Source: Candidatus Bathyarchaeota archaeon (GTDB lineage: Archaea; Thermoproteota; Bathyarchaeia; Bathyarchaeales; DTEX01). Taken from it: a stretch of DNA of 51,483 nucleotides. Positions within the stretch are counted from its first letter, which is position 1. Each line of letters opens with the position of its first letter. Shown one piece after another: positions 9,676-18,465 of the stretch. The notes under the pieces are model-generated. The model saw only the letters and a program-made list of their open reading frames with translations. It did not search any database and was not told the origin of the DNA. The DNA lies in assembly GCA_003661975.1 (NCBI GenBank), contig QMXE01000002.1:1-51483 (forward strand), written 5' to 3'. Both the position numbers and the translations under genes were made by a program.

Positions 9676-10533
9676 ATGGTCAAGTTTGGCATTCATCTCT
9701 TCTTGTGGACTGAGATATTCGATGAGGCAGCAATACCATTAATACGTAAGGCGAAGAGACTGGGATATGATGGCGTCGAGATTCCACTGAGGCGATTGGA
9801 TCTAATCGATATTGAGAAGACTCGAAGGGAACTTGAAGGCCAGAATATGGAGTGTATAGGGTCTGTCGGACTCAGCTTGGAGCATGACTTGACAAGCGAT
9901 GATGAGGAGACCAGAAGGCGGGGTATAGAGTGGATGAAGCGCTGCGTGAGGATCACATCAGAACTTGGAGGAGATCTCGTTTGCGGAGTGATCTACACGG
10001 CTTGGGGGAAGATCACTGGAAGATGGAGAACGGAGGATGAGTGGCGTAGAAGTGTAGATGCGCTGAAGGAGATCTGCCGTTTTGCTAGAGATTATGATGT
10101 AACCTTGGGAATAGAGCCAGTGAACCGTTTTGAAACATACTTTTTGAATACGGCCTCCGACGCCGTGAGACTGGCAAGGGATATTGGTGAGCCGAACATA
10201 AAGGTTCACCTAGACACCTTCCACATGAATATAGAAGAGAAGAACTTTTATGACCCAATAAAGCGTGCAGGGGATCTTCTGTGGCATATGCACTGCTGCG
10301 AGAATGACAGAGGAATCCCAGGAACAGGACATGTAAATTGGGATGAAGTATTTCAGGCTCTTTCAGAAATAGGCTACAATAGATGGCTCGTCATTGAATC
10401 CTTCACTCCTGAGATAATGGAGGTAGCAGCCTCCACCGCTACTTGGCGTGAGCTAGCGCCAAGCACAGATGCTATAGCCAAAGATGGACTTGAATTTATA
10501 AGGGCGAAAGCCCGAGAGTTTCTCGGAGACTAA
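9676..10533 (+). CDS. Ketose 3-epimerase family (D-tagatose/D-psicose 3-epimerase-like, xylose isomerase-like TIM barrel)
   Basis: GIEPVNRFE, HLDTFHMNIEE, HCCENDRGIPGTG and VIESF match the metal-ligand blocks of the DTE/DPE family. Confidence 0.75.
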   Translation: MVKFGIHLFLWTEIFDEAAIPLIRKAKRLGYDGVEIPLRRLDLIDIEKTRRELEGQNMECIGSVGLSLEHDLTSDDEETRRRGIEWMKRCVRITSELGGDLVCGVIYTAWGKITGRWRTEDEWRRSVDALKEICRFARDYDVTLGIEPVNRFETYFLNTASDAVRLARDIGEPNIKVHLDTFHMNIEEKNFYDPIKRAGDLLWHMHCCENDRGIPGTGHVNWDEVFQALSEIGYNRWLVIESFTPEIMEVAASTATWRELAPSTDAIAKDGLEFIRAKAREFLGD

Positions 10534-10741
10534 ACTATTCGAAACCCACATTAACCAAAAATTTTCACCAATTTTTTCTAATCGACGATTTTATTGTAGG
10601 AAAGTATAGGCATATTGAGGCTGCAACCTAATCGTCGAAGTGGCTTGAGAGAATTTGAAGCAGTACTATTACTATATGCAGAGAGTATTACCTCGATTAA
10701 AGAGATTTAAGGGGACGCGACAAGATCATTATTGATGAACT

Positions 10742-12145
10742 TTGGAGTTTAAGGATGTATTGGCATATTATTCTAAGCCTCAAGTGAGAGATGAGATCAC
10801 GGCGTATTGCAGTGGAAGATGGATTGCATTAGAGGGCATTCAACGTAGTGGCGGGAGGGCATTTCTCCGATACACTAGGAAGGGTGCTCCATTAACTATA
10901 AGCAAGCCAGAAGACATCGATATGCTCCTTAATAGATTTAAATTTTTTAAGCCCAGAACGTTCTATGCCTCTGTGAATCTATATGAGAAGCTGGAGAATC
11001 AAGATGATACTGGAAAATCGAGCAATATCGTGAGTTCCACGCCAATATGGGATGTCGATGCCGACCTGGAGACGTGGGAATACGCCCTTAAAGCCTCTGA
11101 GATCATCGTTGACCGATTAGAGAAGGAGGGGATAAGCCGCTCGGTCTATTTGAAGTGGTCAGGTAGAGGAATACACATTCATATACATGAGAGGGCATTC
11201 TCGAAGAGGATACTAGAGAAGCATAATCCTCTCGATGTTTCATTTTCAATTGTAGAATACATCTTAAAGAAGACTAAAAGTCAACTTATCGAATTGGCCG
11301 AGAAGACCCCACTTAAAGGTGAGAGACCATTAAGAGTCGAGAATAAGATGGATATAAAGAGGGTCTTTACGGCTCCGCTCTCACTTCATAGACAGCTGGA
11401 TCTATGCTGTGTCTGCTTTAAACCTAACGCCATATGCGATTTTTCTCCGGAATGGGCTGAAATCGAGAGGTTTCACCATGATCCCTCATGGAGAGACTAT
11501 GAAGATGGAGAGGGAGATGATCTTGCCGAGAGAGCCCTAGCAGAGATAGGCGGATATGACGGCTGGGCTGAGGCTCCAAGAAGAAAACATACGTATATTT
11601 CCGCTGAGAAAAGAGTGGCGGAGACGCTTACATCTTCGTATAGGAAACTTGGAAGATTTCAAGTGATGGGGCTTCTTCAAGCCGCACGCTATTACCTCAT
11701 TAAGGGGGATATTGAGAGAGCCAAATCGTTTGGCCTTAATAGGGCGATCTTCTACGCCTGGGCTAAAAGATATGCCCGTGACAGGCTAACTCGAGGAGGA
11801 TCCAGACTCGGAGCGGGGAGGACGCGGCCTTCAGAGGTTAAAGCCGAACAGATCGGTAATGAAACGGCGTATCTGTCCAACAATGGATGGTTCATTATCG
11901 GCGGAACTGAGCAGTCACCGAGGGACTATGACTTGCAGATAGCGAGGCGTATAGAGGCCGCGTCGATACCCTATAATGAAGCTTGGAAGGCCGCAATTAA
12001 GTATCTTGAGGGATTCTCTAGGGATGTCCTATTGGATCAGCAGAGATTCTATAGGGAAGCATATTTGCCCGTAAGGGATAAATTCCATATGATAGTGGAT
12101 CGTATGTCTAAGATGGGGAGACAACGGACATTAGATGGTTACTGA
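10742..12145 (+). CDS. priS: Archaeo-eukaryotic primase (PriS-like) with long C-terminal extension
   Basis: AEP motif I IWDVDAD (about 11048-11068), motif II WSGRGIHIHI, motif III-like MDIKRVFTAPLSLH, and an N-terminal YYS...FLRY...FYASVNLY pattern as in PriS. TTG start as given by the ORF track. Confidence 0.6.
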   Translation: MEFKDVLAYYSKPQVRDEITAYCSGRWIALEGIQRSGGRAFLRYTRKGAPLTISKPEDIDMLLNRFKFFKPRTFYASVNLYEKLENQDDTGKSSNIVSSTPIWDVDADLETWEYALKASEIIVDRLEKEGISRSVYLKWSGRGIHIHIHERAFSKRILEKHNPLDVSFSIVEYILKKTKSQLIELAEKTPLKGERPLRVENKMDIKRVFTAPLSLHRQLDLCCVCFKPNAICDFSPEWAEIERFHHDPSWRDYEDGEGDDLAERALAEIGGYDGWAEAPRRKHTYISAEKRVAETLTSSYRKLGRFQVMGLLQAARYYLIKGDIERAKSFGLNRAIFYAWAKRYARDRLTRGGSRLGAGRTRPSEVKAEQIGNETAYLSNNGWFIIGGTEQSPRDYDLQIARRIEAASIPYNEAWKAAIKYLEGFSRDVLLDQQRFYREAYLPVRDKFHMIVDRMSKMGRQRTLDGY

Positions 12146-12154
12146 ATTTCTCAG

Positions 12155-14095
12155 CTACTCATATTCACTTCTCCGTCGATATATGATGAATACTACGAGA
12201 GCTACTGCTCCGCCGATAGCCGCGACTATATAAAGCATGAATTGACTTAGAAGCCCCACAAGCTTATTCATCCACGTCTCATTCACCATTAACTCTTCTA
12301 TTTTGCTTCTTGACGACGAATGATTCTCATCTCCATTATAGAAAGCCTGTATACTCCATCTTCCCGGCATCGACGGCTTAAATTCAAGCTTAAATCTTCC
12401 TTGAGAGTCAACAATGATCCTCTTTTTAATGACTGAACCATTCGGCGCTATAATCTGAATATTGACTGCTCCTTCCTTAATAATTGGGCTGAGACTTCCC
12501 TCCATGATGATGCTCTCACCGATATTTATGGTATGGTTGCTAAGCGATAATTCGATCGATGTAGGTATTCTCATTACAAAGAAACTCTTTTCGCGGGTCT
12601 CCGCACCAAAATACATTTTCCCTCCCGGATACACCGCCTTAACAGTCCATTTTCCAGGAGAGCTCGGCGTGAATTCATAACTGAATGAACCGTCGGCCCC
12701 AACATCGATCGATTTTACAACGCGATCTCTTCCCGATGTGAAATTTAATAGTATATTATCATCGCCGTGGGACATGCGGCCTGAGACTTTAATCTTTTCT
12801 CCAACGTAAACGGCGGTTTTTGAAATATTAAATGAGATTGAGGTTTCATCCTTGACTATATAGTGGCCTAGGGCTTCAGCGGAGTTTCCGGCCATATCAA
12901 CCGCGACTATCTTATAGTCTATTCTGTTTCCCTTTGGATAGGCCGGTATGATCCCAATATAGGTTCCCTCCGATGTTCTCTTCATCGGTGTACAGTTCTT
13001 CGACGCCCAAGAATTGTTCGTGTAGCATAGAAAAACCGAGTTTAGAGAATCTTCATCAGATATTTCAGCGCTTATTATAGTTCCATGTCCAGCACGCACC
13101 CTGCTGATGTTTGTTTGCAGTTTGATGGATGGCGGCTTAAAATCCGTCTTTATCATGAATTTAATTATTCCCTCTCCATCCTCACCTATGAAAACTAGAT
13201 GATACAGTATTGTATCTCCCTTGAATGGAGAAGTATAATTTATAATTAGATCTTGTCCGGGAAATTCGCAGCTTGACGTTAGCTCCTCATGTCTGAAGCC
13301 GTCATCATCTAGGTTATATCCGCCATAGCATCCCGAAGAGTCCAGTTTGCCATAGAGTCCTGGTTCCCATGCTACTGGATAGCCGCTTATGTTCTCTCCT
13401 ATCCCCTTTGATGGATTTGCCATAGGATACAATCGAACCTCGTATAGGTCAAGTGTATCCGGAACGTCAACTATAATCTCGATCCTTTCACTGTTGCTTA
13501 AGAATTCGTATGCCCATCTCGTTTCATAAGAGGATGACAAGCCAACTTTTCCTTTAATATACTTCTTATACCACCTATTACACCTGAGATGTTCAATAAC
13601 CATTAATGTAGCCGCATCTTCACCGCCACTCTCTTTTGGATCGTTAAGTATTACGAAACAGTAGTTTCCAGTCTTTTTCGGAGTGAAGAATGGATCATCA
13701 ATCGTGTTTCCCAGATGCTCAGGGAAACCCGCTGATGCCGTGTGAACAGCCACCAGATTACCTATGGGATCATAAATGTAAATATCATAGTCTGTCTTTG
13801 AGCCTATCCAATCTCCGATGAAGTATATGTGATAATTGGAGCCCTTTTTTAATGGATATATGAAAGTCCATTTTTCGCCGATTGGAATTTGTGAAGCATT
13901 AATCTTTACAGGGTAGACAGGCTTGCATATATATGTCCGATTTCCAGACATGAATAAGGGATTATCTTTCGCGGAGATCTCATACACTGATGTGGCATAT
14001 AATAATATGAGAAAGACGGATGAGAATAAAGCGTATAGGAGGTATTTGCTCTTCATCTGCAACCAGCCTTTATGACCTGGCACTCTAGAAATCAT
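12155..14095 (-). CDS. Membrane-anchored surface (glyco)protein with PPC-like and tandem Ig-like beta-sandwich domains
   Basis: N-terminal hydrophobic signal/anchor and a C-terminal TM (LYIVAAIGGAVALVVFIIY) followed by RRRSEYE. A DYDIYIYDPIGNLVA pre-peptidase-C-terminal-like segment. Two clearly homologous modules of about 90 aa. Many N-x-S/T sequons. Confidence 0.6.
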   Translation of the reverse strand: MISRVPGHKGWLQMKSKYLLYALFSSVFLILLYATSVYEISAKDNPLFMSGNRTYICKPVYPVKINASQIPIGEKWTFIYPLKKGSNYHIYFIGDWIGSKTDYDIYIYDPIGNLVAVHTASAGFPEHLGNTIDDPFFTPKKTGNYCFVILNDPKESGGEDAATLMVIEHLRCNRWYKKYIKGKVGLSSSYETRWAYEFLSNSERIEIIVDVPDTLDLYEVRLYPMANPSKGIGENISGYPVAWEPGLYGKLDSSGCYGGYNLDDDGFRHEELTSSCEFPGQDLIINYTSPFKGDTILYHLVFIGEDGEGIIKFMIKTDFKPPSIKLQTNISRVRAGHGTIISAEISDEDSLNSVFLCYTNNSWASKNCTPMKRTSEGTYIGIIPAYPKGNRIDYKIVAVDMAGNSAEALGHYIVKDETSISFNISKTAVYVGEKIKVSGRMSHGDDNILLNFTSGRDRVVKSIDVGADGSFSYEFTPSSPGKWTVKAVYPGGKMYFGAETREKSFFVMRIPTSIELSLSNHTINIGESIIMEGSLSPIIKEGAVNIQIIAPNGSVIKKRIIVDSQGRFKLEFKPSMPGRWSIQAFYNGDENHSSSRSKIEELMVNETWMNKLVGLLSQFMLYIVAAIGGAVALVVFIIYRRRSEYE

Positions 14096-14257
14096 TAAAT
14101 TTTTCAGTAATTAAATCCCTTATGAATCCGCCGTCTAAACCCCATCTCCAAAAAGGAATAGCACCCAGGCATTTTTCCTTCCGGAATTTTTATCCGCTAT
14201 TCTTCTAAATCGGTATGTGATGAATGGATTCGTGGTTCATCACCTTTAAAAGAGGAT

Positions 14258-14536
14258 ATGGAAAATCTATATCGGAGCCGCGAGAAGGGAAGGAAAATGA
14301 AGCAGACTTCAGTATTCAGGATCGACTTGAATAAGATCGAGGGTGATGGAGACTTTCCATGCCCATCATGCGGAGCTATAATTTCTCCCGACGATGATTC
14401 CGAGAGAGTATATAAGATAATTGATATGGAGACTTTTGAGGACGGATCATTAAAGAATCTCTCTCTTCTCTGCAAGAAATGTAACTCCATAATTATTTTA
14501 GAGGGATTCGAGACCTTAAGGCTTATAGATGGTTAG
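14258..14536 (+). CDS. Small zinc-ribbon protein
   Basis: CPSCG...x27...CKKCN four-Cys ribbon. The start could be the internal Met at 14297. The antisense ORF 14197-14490 has no motif. Confidence 0.4.
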   Translation: MENLYRSREKGRKMKQTSVFRIDLNKIEGDGDFPCPSCGAIISPDDDSERVYKIIDMETFEDGSLKNLSLLCKKCNSIIILEGFETLRLIDG

Positions 14537-14600
14537 TTATTGAGGATCTCTCGCGGAATCTAAGGAACAAGATTTTTGTTTTGCCAACTAAGATGATACA

Positions 14601-15584
14601 TTGGTGTCAGCATTGCAACTGGAGGGAGTTTTCACATCTACCATCGGAAGCTTCCCGCTCGATGATACCATTGATAACCGAAGGAAATGCGTTGATGACC
14701 TAATAAGCGTTGGAATCGATTTTCCCGCATATCCTCAACTGGCGGATATGGATAAACAATTCCTTGATGACCTACTAGATCAAGATGTTGGATTGATATT
14801 TGAGAATGGAGAATATAAATTGAGCGGCGAAGATCTCAAAGATCCGAGATCCGTTCCAGGATTAGATATCCTCTTATGGACTATTCAGTATTTAGAGAAG
14901 ACTGGAATGAGGAGAAAGGTTAGAATAAAGGCTCCTATCACAGGACCTTTTACGCTTGCTTCTTGCATTCGAAGAGGCAAAGGCATATTCCCCTTCAATA
15001 CTGCGGTTTCAAATCTAAGATTAGTTAGGCAAATAGCAGATATAGTGATGATTTGCTGCAGGGAAGCCTCAAGATACGCGGAGATGATCGCTATTGACGA
15101 GCCAATATTAAGTGTAATTGTCGGCTCAAGATCCATATTTGGCTACGAAGAAGACATTATTAGAATATTTAATGACCTTAGGGAGGCTTGTGGAGAAAGA
15201 ATCGTTGGAACTCACATTTGCGGCAGAATATCACCTAAGCTCAGTAGCATACTGCTCAAAACCAGCCTAGACTTCTTAAGCCATGAATTTCACGATACCC
15301 CAAAGAATATTGAGGTTTATCAACCGGAGGAATTGAGGAAGAACGAAAAGATCCTCTCTGTGGGATGCGTATCCGCATCTAATGCCCATGTTGAAACTGT
15401 AGATGAGATTTTAGACTTGATGGTGAGATTCAGGGATTATGATGATTGCATAATCTTTACTCCTGACTGCGGCTTCAGGAAGCTCTCAGCGCAGAATCTA
15501 AGCAAGGAGGAGGCATATACCGTTTCGATTAGAAAGCTTAAGAACATGGTTGAGGCAGCTAGGAGATTCTCATCTCTTCGCTGA
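14601..15584 (+). CDS. Cobalamin-independent methionine synthase (MetE C-terminal/archaeal short form)-like protein
   Basis: 327-aa ORF with STIGSFP near the N-terminus, an IDEP block, GTHICG and a C-terminal TPDCGF. This is the pattern of the MetE catalytic-domain family. TTG start. Confidence 0.6.
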   Translation: MVSALQLEGVFTSTIGSFPLDDTIDNRRKCVDDLISVGIDFPAYPQLADMDKQFLDDLLDQDVGLIFENGEYKLSGEDLKDPRSVPGLDILLWTIQYLEKTGMRRKVRIKAPITGPFTLASCIRRGKGIFPFNTAVSNLRLVRQIADIVMICCREASRYAEMIAIDEPILSVIVGSRSIFGYEEDIIRIFNDLREACGERIVGTHICGRISPKLSSILLKTSLDFLSHEFHDTPKNIEVYQPEELRKNEKILSVGCVSASNAHVETVDEILDLMVRFRDYDDCIIFTPDCGFRKLSAQNLSKEEAYTVSIRKLKNMVEAARRFSSLR

Positions 15585-15592
15585 TTCATTTG

Positions 15593-16123
15593 TTACAATA
15601 CCTTGAGAAGATCTGATCGAGTTATGATCCCTACGAGCCTTCCCTTTCTCATAACTAGGACTCCGGGGTGAGACTCGAGGATCGATCTCACAGTGACTAA
15701 ATCTGTATCATCTGAGACGCTGGGCAGAGGCGGCTCCATAATCTTCTCAACAGGCTCCTCTGAAAGATCCGGGCTTAAATGCCTTACTATCCCCTCTTCA
15801 GTAATCATCCCAACGATCTTTTCCCCATCTAAGACTGGTAGCTGGGAGATCGCATGCTCCACCATGATCCTCGCTACATTCTTAATCTTCTCTTTTGGGC
15901 TTGTGACTATTACGTCTTTCGTCATGATCTCACTGCATTTCCTCCTCTTTTTGTTCATGAGGATCTCAAGTATCTTATTCACAGTTGAAAGCCTAGGATC
16001 TACCTTCTCATTCTCAATCTTCGCTATATGAGCCTGTGATACTCCAACCATCCTGGCTAGCTGACTCTGTGTCAAGCCAGCTTCCAGCCGCATCTTCTTC
16101 AAAATTGAGCCTTTAATGATCAT
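15593..16123 (-). CDS. Transcriptional regulator, XRE-type HTH fused to a CBS-domain pair
   Basis: The N-terminus LKKMRLEAGLTQSQLARMVGVSQAHIAKIENEKVDP is a classic HTH_3. It is followed by two CBS repeats (IMTKDVIV...QLPVLDGEKIVGMITE and VLVMRKGRLVGIITRSDLL). Confidence 0.8.
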   Translation of the reverse strand: MIIKGSILKKMRLEAGLTQSQLARMVGVSQAHIAKIENEKVDPRLSTVNKILEILMNKKRRKCSEIMTKDVIVTSPKEKIKNVARIMVEHAISQLPVLDGEKIVGMITEEGIVRHLSPDLSEEPVEKIMEPPLPSVSDDTDLVTVRSILESHPGVLVMRKGRLVGIITRSDLLKVL

Positions 16124-16193
16124 TTTTATAACTAGCAGTTATTTTCTAAAGAATCCTTGGAATCTTCTCAGATATATCATTTTTGTGGGGTGA

Positions 16194-16211
16194 TATGCAA
16201 AATATTGCATA
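16194..16211. promoter_or_regulatory. Palindrome TATGCAA-AATA-TTGCATA in the divergent HTH-CBS / SAM synthetase intergenic region (candidate operator)
   Basis: 7-bp perfect inverted arms with a 4-nt spacer, read directly. It lies just upstream of an AT-rich TATA-like stretch (16212-16222) preceding the SAM synthetase gene. Confidence 0.3.
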
Positions 16212-16236
16212 AAATTTTTATGTAATATTACGTTTA

Positions 16237-17478
16237 ATGTATATTCATTTCGAAGGAGAACTGATAGACTTGAGGAATATTATTATTACAGAAATGAAGA
16301 ATCTTCCTTTGGAAGAACAGAGAATAGAAGTTGTTGAGAGGAAGGGTCTGGGACATCCCGATACGATCTGCGACTCCATAATGAATGAGGTTTCAGTTAG
16401 ACTGAGTAGGGAATATATTGAGAAGTTCGGAACGATCTTACATCATAACATTGACAAGTCTCTTCTTGCAGCGGGTGAGGTGGAGACTAGATTTGGCGGC
16501 GGCGTCATTAAGAAACCGATGAAACTCATCTTTGGGGACAGAGCAACCTTTGAAGCGAATGGAATAAAGATCCCTGTTAGAGAGATAGCCATCGAGACGG
16601 CAAAGAGATGGTTTAGAGAGAATTTGAGGTTTGTAGATCCAGACGAGCATGTGCACTATCAGATCGAGATACAGCCCGGATCATCAGCGTTAACCGATAT
16701 ATTCAAGAGGGGAGGGAGAATCTTAGAGGCGAACGATACCTCAGCTGCGGTTGGATGGGCACCCATGACCAAGACTGAAAAGATAGTCTTATCAACCGAG
16801 AAATATTTGAACTCCCCAGAGTTTAAGAAGAGGTTTCCTGAATCCGGAGAGGATATTAAAGTTATGGGTCTTAGAAGGGATAGGAGTTTAGAACTTATAA
16901 TATCGATGGCTTTTGTTGATCGTTTTATCGAAAATGAAAAGGACTATTTCGAGAAGAAGTCCATAATTTTGGAGGAGATAAGAGAGTTCGTTGAGAGGAA
17001 CAGCGGATTTGAAGAGATAAAAATTCAGCTGAACACATTAGATGTGCCAGGGAGGGGCATAGATGGCATTTACTTAACGGTTCTCGGCACGAGCGCCGAC
17101 GGGGCTGATTCAGGCCAGGTAGGAAGAGGAAACCGCGTAAATGGTGTGATCTCGCTCAATCGACCTCAATGCTCAGAGGCTGCTGCAGGCAAGAATCCAG
17201 TGAGCCACGTTGGGAAGATATACAATTTGCTGACGCATGAGATCGCCAAGGATATTTACGCAAGCGTCTCAGGGATTCGGGAAGTTTATGTTTGGATGCT
17301 AAGCAAGATTGGACGTCCAATAGATCAGCCTTTAATAACCGCCGTTCAGATAATACCGGACGGAACGGAGCCATTTGATAAAATAAGGAGAAGATCAGAG
17401 AGAGTTGTGGATTACAGGCTTGATGAGATAGAAGATTTCTGCATGAAGCTCGCCTATGGGAAGATACCGATATGTTGA
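16237..17478 (+). CDS. mat: S-adenosylmethionine synthetase, archaeal type
   Basis: VERKGLGHPDTICDS, FGTILHHNIDK, GEDIKVMGLR, LTVLGTSADGADSGQVGRGNRVNG and GKNPVSHVGKIYN are hallmark archaeal MAT blocks. The true start may be the TTG at 16270 (LRNIII aligns with the usual MRNII N-terminus, and GGAGA lies about 10 nt upstream). Confidence 0.9.
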   Translation: MYIHFEGELIDLRNIIITEMKNLPLEEQRIEVVERKGLGHPDTICDSIMNEVSVRLSREYIEKFGTILHHNIDKSLLAAGEVETRFGGGVIKKPMKLIFGDRATFEANGIKIPVREIAIETAKRWFRENLRFVDPDEHVHYQIEIQPGSSALTDIFKRGGRILEANDTSAAVGWAPMTKTEKIVLSTEKYLNSPEFKKRFPESGEDIKVMGLRRDRSLELIISMAFVDRFIENEKDYFEKKSIILEEIREFVERNSGFEEIKIQLNTLDVPGRGIDGIYLTVLGTSADGADSGQVGRGNRVNGVISLNRPQCSEAAAGKNPVSHVGKIYNLLTHEIAKDIYASVSGIREVYVWMLSKIGRPIDQPLITAVQIIPDGTEPFDKIRRRSERVVDYRLDEIEDFCMKLAYGKIPIC

Positions 17479-17493
17479 TCTTTAGCGGCCGAT

Positions 17494-18252
17494 CTAGAGC
17501 ATTCTTTTAAGGTTTTCGAGGCATCTTCTGACGCATTCTAGGGGTGGATATGCATAGGTTTCCTGCTCGATGATATACCATTCGGTTCCACCTACGGTCT
17601 CGCATGCCCTGAAGAATTCCTCCCACTTCATCTCGCCTTCCCCAATCAATGCCTTTTCATTTTTGGATGAGAATTCTTTTAGGTGTACTGTTACGGCTCT
17701 TCCCGGATACTTCCGGATTATATTGATTACATCATCTGCTGATAATCCTCCCCTCATGGCATTTCCCGTGTCTAGTTGCATTATCACTTCTGGCTTAGCC
17801 TCTTTGAAGAATATGTCCCAAGGTCTCTCTCCATCAGTCAGCGCGAACTCGACTGTATGATTATGGTATCCCGTCCGCATTCCCTCGGGCTTGAGCTTTT
17901 CAGAAATCTCATTTATTAGCTGAGCAGCCTTAATCCATGAATCCTTTGACTTCCTCATCTCCTCTGGAAGACCAGGAACGATCAGATATTTATTGCCTAG
18001 AATCCTATTGAATTCGATCGTCTTTTCAAGATTCTCTCCTATTAAATCGTTGATTTCAATATGGCTTCCAGCGACCTTTAATCCTAGGTCATCAAGCATC
18101 TCCTTAAGCTCCTCAGCCGTGCGATTATAGTATCCAGCAAATTCTACACCTTCATATCCCATTTTTGCGATCTCCTCAAGAGTTCCATAGAGGTTTCTCT
18201 CACACTCCATTCGAACCGAGTATAACTGTAATGCTATGGAGATTCGCCTCAT
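17494..18252 (-). CDS. Sugar phosphate isomerase/epimerase (xylose isomerase-like TIM barrel)
   Basis: 252-aa ORF with GYEGVEFAG, YHNH, DTGN and HLKE blocks typical of the AP-endonuclease-2/xylose-isomerase-like fold. Confidence 0.7.
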   Translation of the reverse strand: MRRISIALQLYSVRMECERNLYGTLEEIAKMGYEGVEFAGYYNRTAEELKEMLDDLGLKVAGSHIEINDLIGENLEKTIEFNRILGNKYLIVPGLPEEMRKSKDSWIKAAQLINEISEKLKPEGMRTGYHNHTVEFALTDGERPWDIFFKEAKPEVIMQLDTGNAMRGGLSADDVINIIRKYPGRAVTVHLKEFSSKNEKALIGEGEMKWEEFFRACETVGGTEWYIIEQETYAYPPLECVRRCLENLKRML

Positions 18253-18465
18253 CTGAAGGCCTCCATGAGATTAATCTCTCATTGTCGCTCTTAATATTTA
18301 AGGCTTCAATCCAATTATCCCTAAAGAAAACACTTACTTCCGATCCGATTTGGATGAACAAATGGAAATTTTTGGATAACCTTAAGGATAACTTAGGAAA
18401 TCTTTATATTTACATCATTATAATAGAAATCGAACTTGTCGTTAAATCTAATTGGAGTGATACCT

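Noticed and set aside
14217-14243. Inverted repeat GTGATGAA-N11-TTCATCAC containing a C-box-like GTGATGA, upstream of the small zinc-ribbon gene
   Set aside because: No D box (CTGA) lies within range on either strand, so it is not a C/D sRNA. It may be a protein-binding palindrome, but with only one copy and a doubtful downstream gene it is not worth a call.
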